This document shows, piece by piece, positions 41,135 through 53,786 of a stretch of DNA of 64,000 nucleotides. The notes under the pieces were generated by a model. It had not been told where the DNA came from. It ran no database searches and worked only from the letters and a program-made list of their open reading frames with translations. Positions within the stretch are counted from its first letter, which is position 1; each line of letters begins with the position of its first letter. The stretch covers positions 101,618,001 to 101,682,000 of the forward strand of contig NC_073377.1 of assembly GCF_028641065.1 (NCBI RefSeq), given 5' to 3'. A program made the translations under genes and the position numbers. This stretch comes from Leucoraja erinacea (taxonomy: Eukaryota).

Positions 41135-44100
41135 AGTTTTTAAATTTGCAGATTTCTATTCGGCTAGAACTTTTCCCAGAACCTAAGGAACTTTGTAAGA
41201 CTACAACTAAGGACACCTCTGTTAAGCAGGTTTATCAGTATTCTATCTACAATCAAAAGTAACATCATTTTGTGGCAATTATACAAATTGTAGGAAGGTA
41301 TAAATATCAAACGTACAGCATGAAGAACCTGTTAGGGTTTTTAGGAGATTCTATACAAACAGGCATAACTGTTGAAGCTTATATATGACATTGATTTTAT
41401 ACTGCAATACATAACTGATTAGATAATTTGACTATAGTACAAATTATCTCTGGGCAATAATCCAGGGACTCATTTATAAAGATCATGAATCCTGCCATTG
41501 ATATTTTAATCCACTTGGTTTAATGTTTACATGCTTTTAATTTACACATATCTGGGATACTGAATTTGATTGACAATTTCATATTTTTCAAATGGGATCA
41601 TCAACAGGAATTTTGTTGTGAGCTACTTAACCTTTACAAAATGTGCCTATAAAATAACTAACTGAAAATGCAGGAATGGAGAACCACAGTCAAGATGTGA
41701 ATGAGTAATACAGAATATTTCTATATTCAAGTACAAATTACTTTATCCTGCAAAAGATATATATTGACAAGCTTAATACAAGCCTGCTTCTATCCTGGCC
41801 TGAACCAAATGATAGCGCAAGTCAGCTGCGCCAACATATGACCTTCAACTCAACTGAATTCCCCACTGCAAAAAGTACATTTTGCTGCAAAAGTCTAAGG
41901 ATATCATGCCAACTGACAGAACATTTTGAAATAAACCACTTAATTAGTAGAATTTTAATTCCTCCGTATTTGGGCATATAGACACAAGGCTTTAGAGTAC
42001 AAGTACATGCCTCCAGATTACAATTACTTTAACCATTACTGTACCATTTCACGAATCTGTCTAACTCTGCCTATATTCAGGTATTTTAATTCTGGCAAAA
42101 ATAATTACATTCAACTATATGTTAGTGTTGGGAATTGCTGGTCGGCGTGGACTTGGTGGACTGAAGGGCCTGCTTCCACGCTGTATCTCCAAACCAAACA
42201 AATATCTCAATGACTTGCTTGCAAACAGAAATCCAAATGTCTTTTGGACAATGCCAAAATATATATAACACATCAATATATGTATGCAAAAGTACCTGCC
42301 AGCCTATTCTACAGCACCTCTGAAACCATTCATGATAACCTATTTGCCTAAAGCAAATTGGAAATGACATAAATTGGGCAATACTATCATGGCTATTCTT
42401 AAATAGGGGGACAATCTTAAATACGGGGACAAAGGCATAGTGGTCAAGTTCCTGAACTTGTGAATAAAATTCTGGTTACTACTCCAAAGACCAGTTAAGC
42501 CAAATAAAATCAAGCAAGAATTATTTTAAAGGGGCTTGAAACTGTACCATGAAGTTACTAGATGGTTCAAACTAGACTAGGAAAGTAAATCTACCTACCA
42601 TCCATACCTTATAAATCAGTCTGAAGAGGGGTCCGAACCTAAAATGTCATCTATGTTATCCCGAGATGCTGCCTGACCTACTGAGTTACGGAACCATTGT
42701 GGGTTTTTTAAAAAAATAAATACGTTTTATTTATATGCAACTCCAGAAACTTAAATGTGGCTGACTCTTAACTGCCTGTATTGGGGCAAGAAATGCTGGA
42801 ATTATTCATGTAAGTGACATTAAGAGATCCAATTTACCCCAAGAATGTATCTTTTACAAGTAAGCATTCATTCCTATTGTGTTGATCCATTCAATAATGC
42901 AATGGGTCAGTGGAATTATAACATCAAGATTTAAATCTAACAAGTGCCAGTATTTAGATAGAAGGTGTTGCAAAAATGTTTTGCAGTCACACTCTGACAA
43001 AACAGAATGCTGCTTATGAGAAGATCACACTCAAAATATTTTGTTAGAATTAGTCTTCCCTGCACCTTTCTTGTTAATTGCAATTTGCCAAGAGGGTCTA
43101 TTCATACACTGACAATGAAGTTTCCCAGGAGGAACAAATTATGTCTCTGGAGTACAGACCAGGGATTTTTGAAAGCAGAATACAATCCTCCATTCAAACT
43201 TAAATCAAAATAAATGGAAGGCAGTGGACTAACTCAGGTTAACGATCAGTACAATACACAGGTCATGCATTGCAAGATAAAGATATGTGGACAATCTGAT
43301 CTAAGTATTGAGCTAGAAGTCAGCAATACATCTGAAAGAGTTCAACTTTAATTTAAATGTGCAGATGTTTGATTAAGCTGCAAGATCTTTCAGCAATTTA
43401 AAATTGTTCTTTGAAGAATACATGCTACAAAAGTAAGAACAGAAGAGTCACATCCAAGTTCGCTGCACTTTAGTAAATCCTTCTGTTCTTAATTTTTTTT
43501 TAAATCACAATGTTCCTTTAAAGGAATGAACATATTTTATAGCTGCAATAGGACTTATTAAAACATATCTGGTTGTCATGTGCTGAAAAGATGAATTACA
43601 CCCAAAAGACACCAGTTATTACTTTTAGAGGCATTTGGCTATGTATAAATCCACTGTACTTTTATTGTATGAGATGTTTTTAGATGCATTGATGCAATGC
43701 AGCACAACAAATCTAAAACGTTATATTTTGCTTCCAGCAAGACACAATCCCCTATAGAGGCTGACACACAAGCGTCCATTATCTGAGGTAATGTCCATTC
43801 CATTTTCTTGAATGAACATTTTTTTAGGGGAATGAGAAATGACAGTAAGGTTTAGTTTTTATTTTAAATTAACCTTTCAGTTGACCTTTTAGTCTGTCAA
43901 AATGTGATTAATAACCACTATTTACATAAACTTGAATTGCATGCCCAACAAATGATTCAAACCTCAAGGAGATAGCATTGCTGTGATGGAATATAACTCA
44001 AGTGATTGGAAACAGCAATACAGTATGTCTCCTTCACCAAAAAGACCAAAAGATGGAAAAGTGTAAAAATAGTATCAGATATCGAAAGAAAAATAATGAG

Positions 44101-44782
44101 CAAATGGGATAAAATTTAGTTTAAAAAATGGGATATGAAAAAATGAAAAATGTCCCCGTTTAGCTCAAGTTTGTCTCAAAAGTACATAATGATGCTATTT
44201 GGTACACTTCGAAGTTGATAGCCCTGCCATTATTAAAAGGCTAACCAGGCGATCCAGGCCCACTTTAATGTATTAGCATTGAACAATTTTCTGTAGGTGT
44301 TAAAATCATGAAAGATTAACTAATGCCGCAATTGAATTAAACAGTTATCCTAACACGCAGCTTTTACTGTTAAAAAAAAAACAGGAAACAGAAAGCAAAA
44401 TTCTCATGTGGTCTCATACAGTTCTCAACATATTGAAGGTGACTTCAATTAAGTCCAGTTGTTTACAACAATGATGGGAAAACTCCACTGTTAAAATCAA
44501 CAACTACATTTTCTGCCAAATGAGTGTCACAAACTTCAAAAGGACTTCTGATGGTGAGCTTATGTTAATACACTGTAAGCAATTATGTACACATTTGTAC
44601 GGTCAAGCATAATGATCAGGAAAGACAAATTAAATTCCAATGCATTTTTGGAATTAAAGCTTTCAGTCGATTAGTAAAAAGAATAAATTTTGCTGCACCT
44701 GAAATGTGCATCTACCCGTATCATAAACGGGTCTTGGAGTGAGAAACTTTACCATACCATAGAAGGTAATTAAGTTTAATAA

Positions 44783-45830
44783 AACAACAAAATACTGGAA
44801 TAACACAGTGGGTCAGGCAGCATCTGTGGAGAACATGGATAGGTGGAAGTGAGGAGAGGCAGGACAAAGCCTAGCAGGAAATAGGCGAATTTACAGAAGG
44901 CAGGGGCAGATGATGGACACAGGCCAGAGATGAAAAATCATAATAGTGGGCAGCACAATGATGTAGCGGGCAGCACGGTGGCACAGCAGTAGAGTTGCTG
45001 CCTTACAGCAGCAGAGACTCGGGTTCGATCCCGACTATGGGTGCTGTCTGTATGGAGTTCGTACGCTCTCTCCGTGGCTGCTTCGGTTTCCCCCACACTC
45101 CAAAGATGTACAGGTATGTTGGTAAATTGGCATGGTAAATGTAAAAATTGGCCCTAGTGTGTGCAGGATGTTAATGTGCGGGATCGCTGGTCAGTGCAGG
45201 CTCGATGGCCTGAAGGGCCTGTTTCCGCGCTGTATTTCTAAACCAAACATAAGATGTGCGACAAAAGGATTTTAAAGTTACAAAGCTGGAGGAAGAAATG
45301 TAGGTGAAAGGGGAAAAGGGAAATAGGTGTGTGTGGCACGGGGGGGGGGGGAAATGGTATTGTAGTTACCTAAAATTGGATAATTCAATGATCATGCCAT
45401 TGGAATGCAAGCTACCCAAGTGAAATAAGAGGTGTTGTTCCTCCAATTTGTGTGTGGCTTCAATCTGGCAATGGAGGTGACTCAGGACAGAAAGATCAGT
45501 ATGGGAATGGGAAGAGGAGTTACAATGGTCAGCAACCAGGAGATCCTGTAGCCTTGGTAGGCCGAGCAAAACGGACGTCAAACCTATGCTTGGACTCATT
45601 GACGTACAGGCCATATAGGGAACACCAGATGCAGTAGATGAGGTTGGAGGAGGTGTACGCGAGCCTCTCTTGCAGCTTTCTTCTTCCCCCCCCCCCCCCC
45701 TCCACAATCTGAAGAAGGGACCCAACCCGAAACATCACCTAAAATGTCCTCCAGAAATGCTGCCTGATCTGCTGAGTTACTCCAGCACTGATATTTTTTT
45801 TTGTAAAACAGCATCTGCAGTTCCTTGAAT
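44783..45830 (-). mobile_element. Penelope-like element fragment with GIY-YIG remnant, interrupted by a SINE
   Basis: ORF pieces TSSNLIYCIWCSLYGLYVNESKHRF and HSHTDLSVL...KLEEQHLLFHLGSL, with inverted terminal repeats at both ends. Confidence 0.75.
44948..45250 (+). mobile_element. tRNA-derived SINE (HE1-like), duplicated head
   Basis: A box tggcacagcagtaga and B box ggttcgatcc. Head repeated at 44948 and 44968. Confidence 0.8.
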
Positions 45831-45957
45831 CTGTAATTAGGTTAAACTCAAAGGTTATTGAAAGAGAAGCCCAACAATCATGGGGCAAATGGAAAGTAGA
45901 TGGAAGAATGAGTGGTGGAAAACCTATCAATGGAGCCCATTGAAGCCACAAGTTTTA

Positions 45958-46120
45958 AAAGGTGCAGACCCGTTTGGCCCGTCCCCCAAGGCAATATTCC
46001 ACCATTGACCCATAGCCCCCAACTGCGCAGGCGTAGCTGACGGGTTCCCGTTGTGATGCCAGAGATCCCCGTTTCACAAATGAAAATCAACTCAAAAAAG
46101 GAAGAACAAAAAGTTTTATA
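45958..46120 (-). mobile_element. Helitron 3' remnant
   Basis: ggtgcagacccgttt and gcaatattccacc match the 3' ends of the other Helitron copies in reverse orientation. Confidence 0.5.
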
Positions 46121-46197
46121 CCACTGTACTGATATGCATAATGCAAAGCAATAAAGCTACAAAATGGACAAAAGTTAATTGTAATTTTTTTTTTAAA

Positions 46198-47220
46198 TCT
46201 CCAAGTTTGCGGATGACATAAACCTGGGTGGCAATGTGAGCTGCGAGGAGGATGCTATGAGGCTGCAGGGCGACTTGGATAGGATGGGAGAGTGGGCAGA
46301 TGCATGGCAGGTGCAGTATGTGGATATACGTGAGGTTATCCACTTTGGTGGCAAGAACAAGAAGGCAGATTATTATCTGAATGGTGTCAGTCTTTGAAAA
46401 GAGGAGGTGCAACGAGATCTAGGTGTCCTTGTACATCAGTCACTGAATGCAAGCATGCAGGTACATTGTAGCAGGCAGTGAAGAAAGCTATTGGCATGTT
46501 GGCCTTCATTAGTGGGGAGGAGCAAAGAGGATCAACTGGCTTGCATTCACTGGTACAGAAGGCCCTGGTTAGACCGAAACCTAAGGTTATTGAGGGATTG
46601 GACAGGCTAGATGCAGAAAAATTTTGGTCTCCTAATTGGAAGACCAGGGGACATTCTTGCTATTGGCAGGAGTGCAGCATAGGTGTGAATCAGGATTTCT
46701 TTGCCACCAGGAGTGGTGGAATTCACTGGATGTATAAATGTTGAAAGAATGGATCGACTTGGCTTGTATTCACTGGAATCTAGAAGGATGAGGGGATATC
46801 TTATAAACTCTATATCAAAGGTGATTGAGGGCACAACAGTTGGACAGTGTGGGGGCTAGACTTGGCAGGGGGCAAAGTCCATTTAAAAATGTTCCCATGT
46901 TGAGGAAGAAGTCAAGAACCAGGGGTCACAGTCCTTAAGAATAAGGGGTGGACAGGCTATAAGGGTTTGGACTGAGATGCTTGTGATAATCTGTGGATTG
47001 TCTTTGCCACAGGAAGGGAGTGGAGGCCAATTCACTGGATGTATTCACTAGTCTAGTTAGCCGTTCGTACGCCTTGCAGCTAACCAGGAAAATCAAGGGA
47101 TATGCTCTCGGTCCCCCCATAAAAAATAGAAAGAAAGTAGGAACAGGGTACTGATTCTGGATAATCAGCCATTATTCGAAGGGCCAAATGGCCTACTTCT
47201 GCACCTATGTTTCTATGTTT
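46198..47220 (+). mobile_element. Scrambled CR1 LINE fragment
   Basis: KFADD region and 3' tail present, but internal pieces are out of order. Confidence 0.7.
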
Positions 47221-50099
47221 CCTGTGCCACTCGCCATACTAGCCACAAAAAATAATGTACTCAAATTCTTTACAAACCCTTTGACAGTAATACATAAAGT
47301 GTCCACAGGAAACCAACTTCTATCAAATGACCTGAAACTATTGTTTAAATACATACTAAAAGAGGCCATATCCCACTTCCATTTCAACACTGCTCCTTGC
47401 ACTGAAAACAAATCAAAAACCTTGTAATAGAATTGGTCACAGACTTTGACATGGTTGCCAATACAGTACAATATGTAAAGTGTGATTGGGGAAATTTTGA
47501 ATCCTTGGACAAGGAGGAGTGACAGGAAAAAAAGCTCTAATATGGGAGGGAAAGCAGGGAAGCAAGAGAACTGGCAGGTGTGTTGGGAAGATATTAAGCC
47601 GGTATGCAGACCGGCTGCGGGAGGCAGTGCAGTGCCTCAACAGTGGAGCGGGTCGCTGGAGGCCCTGCAACATTCTTGTGCTCGGCTGGACCGGGCGCCG
47701 CTCCAGTAGGCAAAGCACATGGACCGGGCGTGGCCGACAGCATTGGAACAGCCAAACTTGGCCAGGTTGTAATGCCACTAGGACAGCAGACCTTCATGTG
47801 GGTCAGGTCACAAACCCTGCACTTATAACTGGGACTTGAAAATTGTGCCAAACTGACAACTGCATACTGTCTCAGTGTACTACTGCTATACACTTGTACT
47901 GCATCTGAAATGCTTCTCTCATATGTATCTAAGTGTACAAAACTATACAAAAATTTCACTGTACCTTGGTGCACGTGACATGTAAAGTATCATACACCCT
48001 GTAAAGTATTAGAGGGGGCTCCCAGAAGATTCTCTAGTTTTATAATCAAACATCGGATTATACAATATTTGATATAAATTGACATTAGCAGCAAGGTAAG
48101 TAACAGCATAACAAATTTGCATTAAAATAGCAAAATATGTCCAATCATACTGAAAACACACGGTGCTCTGAAAAATGATTTATTTCCTGTATCAGGTGCT
48201 CGTCAAGCATTGAATGCAACCATCACTGTCGCTGCGAGTTACAAGTACCTCTGCCTCATTCTTTAACGATGGAAACAGAATAATCATAACCCACAACCAT
48301 TAAAACAAAGAGATAGTTTTGCTCTCACTTAGACCAAAACTTTGTGCATTTGAATGAATTTAGATATCATCTGGTATGTAACTAAAGGTTACATAAAAAT
48401 AAAATAAACTAGTCGAGTGCTGAAGACAAATTGGCAAGCCTCCACACACCAGGTGGATCACTTTGGAAAAATAACAAAAACACTTAACTAGGTGCTCAAA
48501 TTTGTGCAAACTAGAACATCATATTAATACAGGGCATTGATGTTGTAACACTGCAGAGTTAAATGACTAATTGAAGCTATCATGCAAAGAGATAAGATAC
48601 CAATACCTCATCAAAGGATAGGATAAAAGAGTAGAAAGCTCAGTCAATAGGATCTTAAAAGGAGCATTGATTTGTGCATGTAATTTCAACATGTTACCTA
48701 AGTGTGAGTATGTAATACACTGCAGACAAGACTAAAATGAAGACCATTTCATCTAATCAATGGGGCAAAAGAAACAGAATATATATTACTGAGGGAGGTC
48801 TTGTACTCAAGTGTGCTGGCACAGGAAGCAAGGTTGTAAGTGCAAGTTTTAAGCAAGCGTATGATATGTCTAGATGCATGTCTGGTGGTAAGCCAGTCAT
48901 AAATGCTTTGGATATTTGAAATCTTGAGCAAAAAACAAACTGCAAGAGGAACTCAGTGGGGTAGGCAGCATTTGTTAAGGGAAATGGATAGACATTGTTA
49001 AGGGAAATGGATATCCTTTTTCAATCTGCCCATTTTCCTTCACAGATGTTGCATAAGAGAACCAGAATTCCTCCAGTACTGATTTGCTTTCCCATCGAGG
49101 GGTAATTTTGGGGGTTATGGGACAAACATATGACACAGCCACATTTATGTTGCAACATTAACAAACAGGACAGAATTAAGAAATAAAGTTGGACAGAATA
49201 GTATGCCAAGTTTTTACAACAGCCGGGTTAACTATAAACTAATCTTTGCATCAAGGTACCACTAAAATCACTTTAATCTAAAACACAACTTTCAACCACA
49301 CTGTGTAACATGACACCAAAATGTTGAATAAAAACAAATGTCTTAATTTTATTGATATAGGTTTGAGGTAACATAACGTATGAAGAGCTCTAATTTTTAA
49401 TTGACTGAAATACAATGTTACATACACTTGTCACTGTATGTACTATGCACTGCTCTACACTGAAATGGTGTAACAAGTTATGATTTTGCCAAATAAGCTA
49501 TTTTGCACACAAAAAAATATTATACTTGCCACAAAAGTGCTAGCATAAACACTGTCAATTTCTAGTGATCAGATAATACATTTAGATGCAACTGGGTTTA
49601 AGGGAGAGAAGTGTCGGAACTCTCGTAAAGTAAACTTAACAGGCCTTATACGCAACATACAGTACAAAGAAAAGTCCAAAGCATTTTTCTACTTTATAGT
49701 AGGTTTGAACTATTATTGCGTTATTTTGCAGTGCCAGGGATGCCTCCAGCCCACCCCATCACACATTTCACATAGGTTAAAACGTTTTGTAAGTTTGATG
49801 TGTACGTGTTGGCCTGCAAAGAAAACAAAAACTGAAATTTGTCACACTTACATTAAGACACACGGCTGGCTAAGGGATCAAAAGAAGACAGCATTAAAAT
49901 AAAATTCTACACCAGAACAAAGTGGGCAAACGACTACAAAAATGGGAGGAGGGGTGACACTATCATGTTGAGTGGGGTATCTCAAGTTCAGAGAGTGCAG
50001 CACCGTGAGCCATTACCCTACTTTTAAACCTCTGGCTGACCTTTTTAAGAGTAGCTCGTCAGTAGGTAAACAAATACACGCTGGGAATGAAACCGAGAG

Positions 50100-51070
50100 C
50101 CTTTCCTGGAGGGCGCCGACGTGATGGGGTCGGGGTTTGAAGGCTGCCCACGGACGGGGCAGTGACTCCTCGGATGGGGATGAGGATTTGGCGATGGGGC
50201 AGAGACCCCCTCGAACCCGCACCCTCTCGCTCGCCCCCTCCCTCAACTGTACAAAGCCTCGGCCAACACGCCCACCCACCATTCCGCTGCCCACCCGACC
50301 TACCCTCTGCGATCAGCTCCTCCACGGTCACCTGGTAACGTCCCACGCTGAACACCCTGCCCACATAGTTGCCAGCGCTGCCCGCCGACGAGCCGCCGCC
50401 GCCGCCCCCTCCTCCAGCACCGACATATCCCGCTCCCTCGGGTTTCGATATACGCGAGAATTTCTTCATGATTCAAAAGAGAGAAAAAAAAAGCAACGGG
50501 CAACTTCCAGCAGTTGCGCCACGCCAGTCAGATGTTGCCGGCCACTGCTTCCTCTCCTGGCTAACTCGCTCCGTCCGTCTGTCCGTCTGTCGGCCCCGCC
50601 GCCTGCCCCGGGCCGGGCCGGCGGCAACTGCGCAGGAGGTGCCGGGCGGGCGGGCGCGCTCCCCCTCTTCCCCTCCCCTACCAGCCCAACGGCATCGCGT
50701 TCGGAACGGTTCAAACGGCTCGAAATTCCATCCCGTTGAAAGTTCGGAGCGAGCTCGGGGTGTGGCGCGCCCGTTGCTGCGTGAGCGAGCAGTGCAGAGC
50801 AGAGCCAGGCAATGTTAGTGCTTGTGCCGCGCTGCCTGCACGTCCGTCGCTCTAGTCGCCCAGCGATCTCTCTCTTTCACCCACAACCGACCGAAGATCA
50901 TAGATCTTTGCCCCACAACCCGCCCCGACCTGCCAGCCTCCCAACATCACCCCGCGCCCATTGGTCGGCCCGCCTCCCCACCTCCCGCCCCCTCCGGACA
51001 TCTTTGCCGGTGGTTGGCTCGCACCGTTGTCAGTCGCGCAGCCGTGGTTGAGCTTCGTTCCGCCGTCAAG
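50100..51070 (-). promoter_or_regulatory. CpG island / BMP2K promoter and 5' UTR
   Basis: GC- and CpG-rich block spanning exon 1 and about 600 bp upstream of the ATG. CCAAT on the minus strand near 50960 (ccattgg) and GC boxes (cccgcccc) around 50920-50990. TSS position not determinable. Confidence 0.8.
50304..50469 (-). CDS. BMP2K: BMP2K coding exon 1 (ATG, Gly-rich N-terminus, start of kinase domain)
   Basis: Translates MKKFSRISKPEGAG...GRVFSVGRYQVTVEELIAE-G, matching the BMP2K N-terminus as I recall it (MKKFSRMPKSEG...VFAVGRHQVTLEESLAEG). Donor G|GTAGGT after 50304; 166 nt, phase 1. Confidence 0.95.
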
Positions 51071-51315
51071 GGGCGGCGATGCGGCGCAGCGGTAGAGTTA
51101 CTGCCTCACAGCGCCGGATACCCCGGTTCGATCCTCACCTCACCTCGGCCGCTGGCCGCACGGAGTTTGTATGATTTTCTCCTGTTTCCTCCTACATTCC
51201 AAAGACGTACAGGTTTGTAGGATAATTGGCTTCGGTAAAATTGTAAATTGTCCCTAGTGTGTAGGATAGTAAGTGGGCCGAAGAGCACGTTTCTGCGTTG
51301 TATTCCTAAACTAAA
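51070..51315 (+). mobile_element. tRNA-derived SINE abutting the BMP2K CpG island
   Basis: gcgcagcggtagag...ggttcgatcc; tail ctaaactaaa. Confidence 0.8.
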
Positions 51316-52169
51316 GCCCTGCGTGACGCGGACGGAGAGCATTGGGTGGTGCTGCGGGGGTTCAACGGAGCGGACGAATGTTGCAAGTTGTTGAAACTGG
51401 CAAAAAAAAACGTCATTGCAAAACCAAGCAAGTAGGTGTTTAAAATGCTCGCAAGCACGCGAGCTGATGTCTTCAGAAACATGGTGGGCGTTTATTGCAG
51501 TGGGCGCCCACTCGCCATCGCCCAGGAAAGTTTTCATAACTTCATACAAGTTGTAATTGAAAGTTACCACAGAATTTAAAAAAAAAAACAGGCAATAAAA
51601 CTGAAATATATTTTCAAAACATTTGATAACTTTCCAGTAGTGGCTGCAAGAAGATGACATTTGGGAGATTTGCGTGTTTATTCTGCTCAGGGGATTTTCC
51701 GTTTACCACTTGGTAAACCACAACGACATATTATGCAGATTCGTAGAGCAAAGTTCTGTTGTGGTGTGTTTTACTACACATGATAATATCTGTGACTAAT
51801 CACAGCACTGTCTGGAAAAGTTGGAATTATGTTTCCTGATAGTATGACAGAGAAATCAGTCTGACACAGCAGCAGGAGTTGACCAGCTGGTACCTGAAGC
51901 CTTTATGAGCCATTTGATAAAGTTATGCTGAATCCCAATTCCACATTCATGTATACCGCCGGTAAAATTTCATCTATCAACATCTCCTTAAGAGTAACCA
52001 AAGATTCTCTTAAAGAGAATCTCTCTGTTTCCTTAAAATCCTATTTTTTAAAAGTGTTCCTTGCCCACACGAGGAAACACCTGCATATCCACCCAATCAA
52101 GCTAAAGATCTTGTATTATAATCATCCCTTCTGGGCAGTGATAACAACTTTTTACAGCCCAGGTCATCA

Positions 52170-52400
52170 CCAGCTATGATCACCCCACCATCGAAAGGAT
52201 CTATCATAGTCGCTGCCTCAAAAAGGCAGCCAACATCATCAAAGACCCACACCATCTGGCCACACGTTCATCTCACCACTGCCATTGGGAAGAAGGTACA
52301 GGAGCCTGAGAACCGTAACTTCCAGGTTCGGGAACAGCTTCGTCCCTACAGCCAATAGGCTATTAAACACTGCAACATCATAACCTATGAACTACAATAG
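52170..52400 (+). mobile_element. Rex1/Babar-like LINE 3' fragment
   Basis: RCLKKAANIIKDPHH...GRRYRSL...RFGNSF-type C-terminus. Confidence 0.65.
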
Positions 52401-52627
52401 ACTACTAGACTAAGTGGGACCCGTTGGGTCCCATGTTCACACGGGAGGGCTGGTCCCCCGACGCAATATTCCACCTCCACCAATTCCAATATTGGTGGCC
52501 AGTGGGGGGGCTTTCTGGAGCGCTGGTATGGGTTCTTGGGGTGGCAGCTCAGTCCCTCAAGCCTGATGTGCTGGCAGTTCACTCACGACTGGTGGGCTGG
52601 CAGTTGTCTCATGGCTATTCCTTGAAA

Positions 52628-52860
52628 TTCCATTTCAAGCAGGGTGCAAGGCCACCAAATTCAAATCCATTTTCCAACCATTTCAAGCCATTTTCCAATC
52701 ATTTCAAGCAGGGTGCAAGGCCACCAAATTCAAGTGCAGTTTCTTACCACTTCGAGTATGGTGCAAGGCCACCAAATTCAAGTGCAGTTTCATACCATTT
52801 CATGCAGGGTGCAAGGCCACCCCATTCAAATGCAGTTTCATACCATTTCAAGCAGGGTGA
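52628..52860. repeat. ~48-bp minisatellite (inside Helitron)
   Basis: ccatttcaagcagggtgcaaggccaccaaattcaa units. Confidence 0.85.
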
Positions 52861-53236
52861 AACCACCATAAGACCACCATAAAACCACACAAAACACCAA
52901 ACTCACAGTTCAGTAGACATTCAGTGTGTTCAGTTGATTCACAGCTCAGACAGTCGTGACCTCCCCCTCCCCCGTCATGCAGAGTGAGCCACACCCACAC
53001 TTCCGGGTTTTATAACCCCTCCCCCTCCCACCGGAAAAGGTGTGGCCTTCATGGCGTAATTGACAGGAGAGAGATTCTCAACATTTTTTAAACACTAATA
53101 ACACTTTTGTTTTTCATTGATGGGAAGAATTCTCTGCACCTGCTGAGCGGATGGGGACTGAGTAAGATGGCCAAAAATCACAGCCATAAATTGTAGCGTT
53201 TTATCTAAAATCAATATACAGTGCAAACAGGAAGTT

Positions 53237-53414
53237 ACCCAAACCACCATTTGCAGTAGTGCCTTTTAACTTCAAGCCAAAGCACCCAAACCACCATTTG
53301 CAGTAGTGCCTTTTAACTTCAACCCAAAGCACCCAAACCACCATTTGCAGTAGTGCCTTTTAACTTCAAGCCAAAGCACCCAAACCACCATTTGCAGTAG
53401 TGCCTTTTAACTTC
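53237..53414. repeat. 47-bp minisatellite x~3.8 (inside Helitron)
   Basis: Unit acccaaaccaccatttgcagtagtgccttttaacttcaagccaaagc. Confidence 0.92.
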
Positions 53415-53786
53415 GTTAACAGTGTTATTCAGAGCTCAGAGAGGCGTGACCCTCTGGCTTCCTCCATCTTGCAGAGACTGAGCGAGGCACACCACTTCCG
53501 GGTTTTATAGTCCCTCCCCCTCCCACCAGCAGGGGCAGCAGAGAGAATGGCAAATTTGAAAAAAAACATTAATATCTCTCTGATTGTTTAATGATGTTAA
53601 AAATCCTCCGGTCCCGGAAGGCGGAGGGGGGCTCTGAGCAAGGTGGCCAAAAATGGCAGCTGTAAGTGGCGGCGTTCTCTCGGAAATCACAGCACAGCGA
53701 GCCAAAAGCGGCCTGGCCGAGCACGCGGTAAGAAGTGCAAAGGAACTAATGGAATGCTCACACAGGGCCGGCTCTGATGTCTATCT

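Larger units (their letters stand above)
52405..53713 (-). mobile_element. Non-autonomous Helitron (5' truncated) with internal minisatellites
   Basis: Minus-strand 3' end gggaccc-aac-gggtccc-acttagtCTAG-T. 53500-53710 is homologous to the 5' part of 37128-38311. Confidence 0.85.

Noticed and set aside
44968-45040. tRNA gene (also 20871, 51070)
   Set aside because: The A/B boxes continue into a SINE body and LINE-like tail, so these are SINE heads.
50137-51220. Plus-strand ORFs over the promoter (bidirectional gene)
   Set aside because: Stop-poor GC-rich sequence with no recognisable protein and no downstream exons found.
53237-53414. CRISPR-like regular repeats (also 19093-19186, 52628-52860)
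   Set aside because: Contiguous tandem units with no unique spacers, no cas genes, and a vertebrate context.
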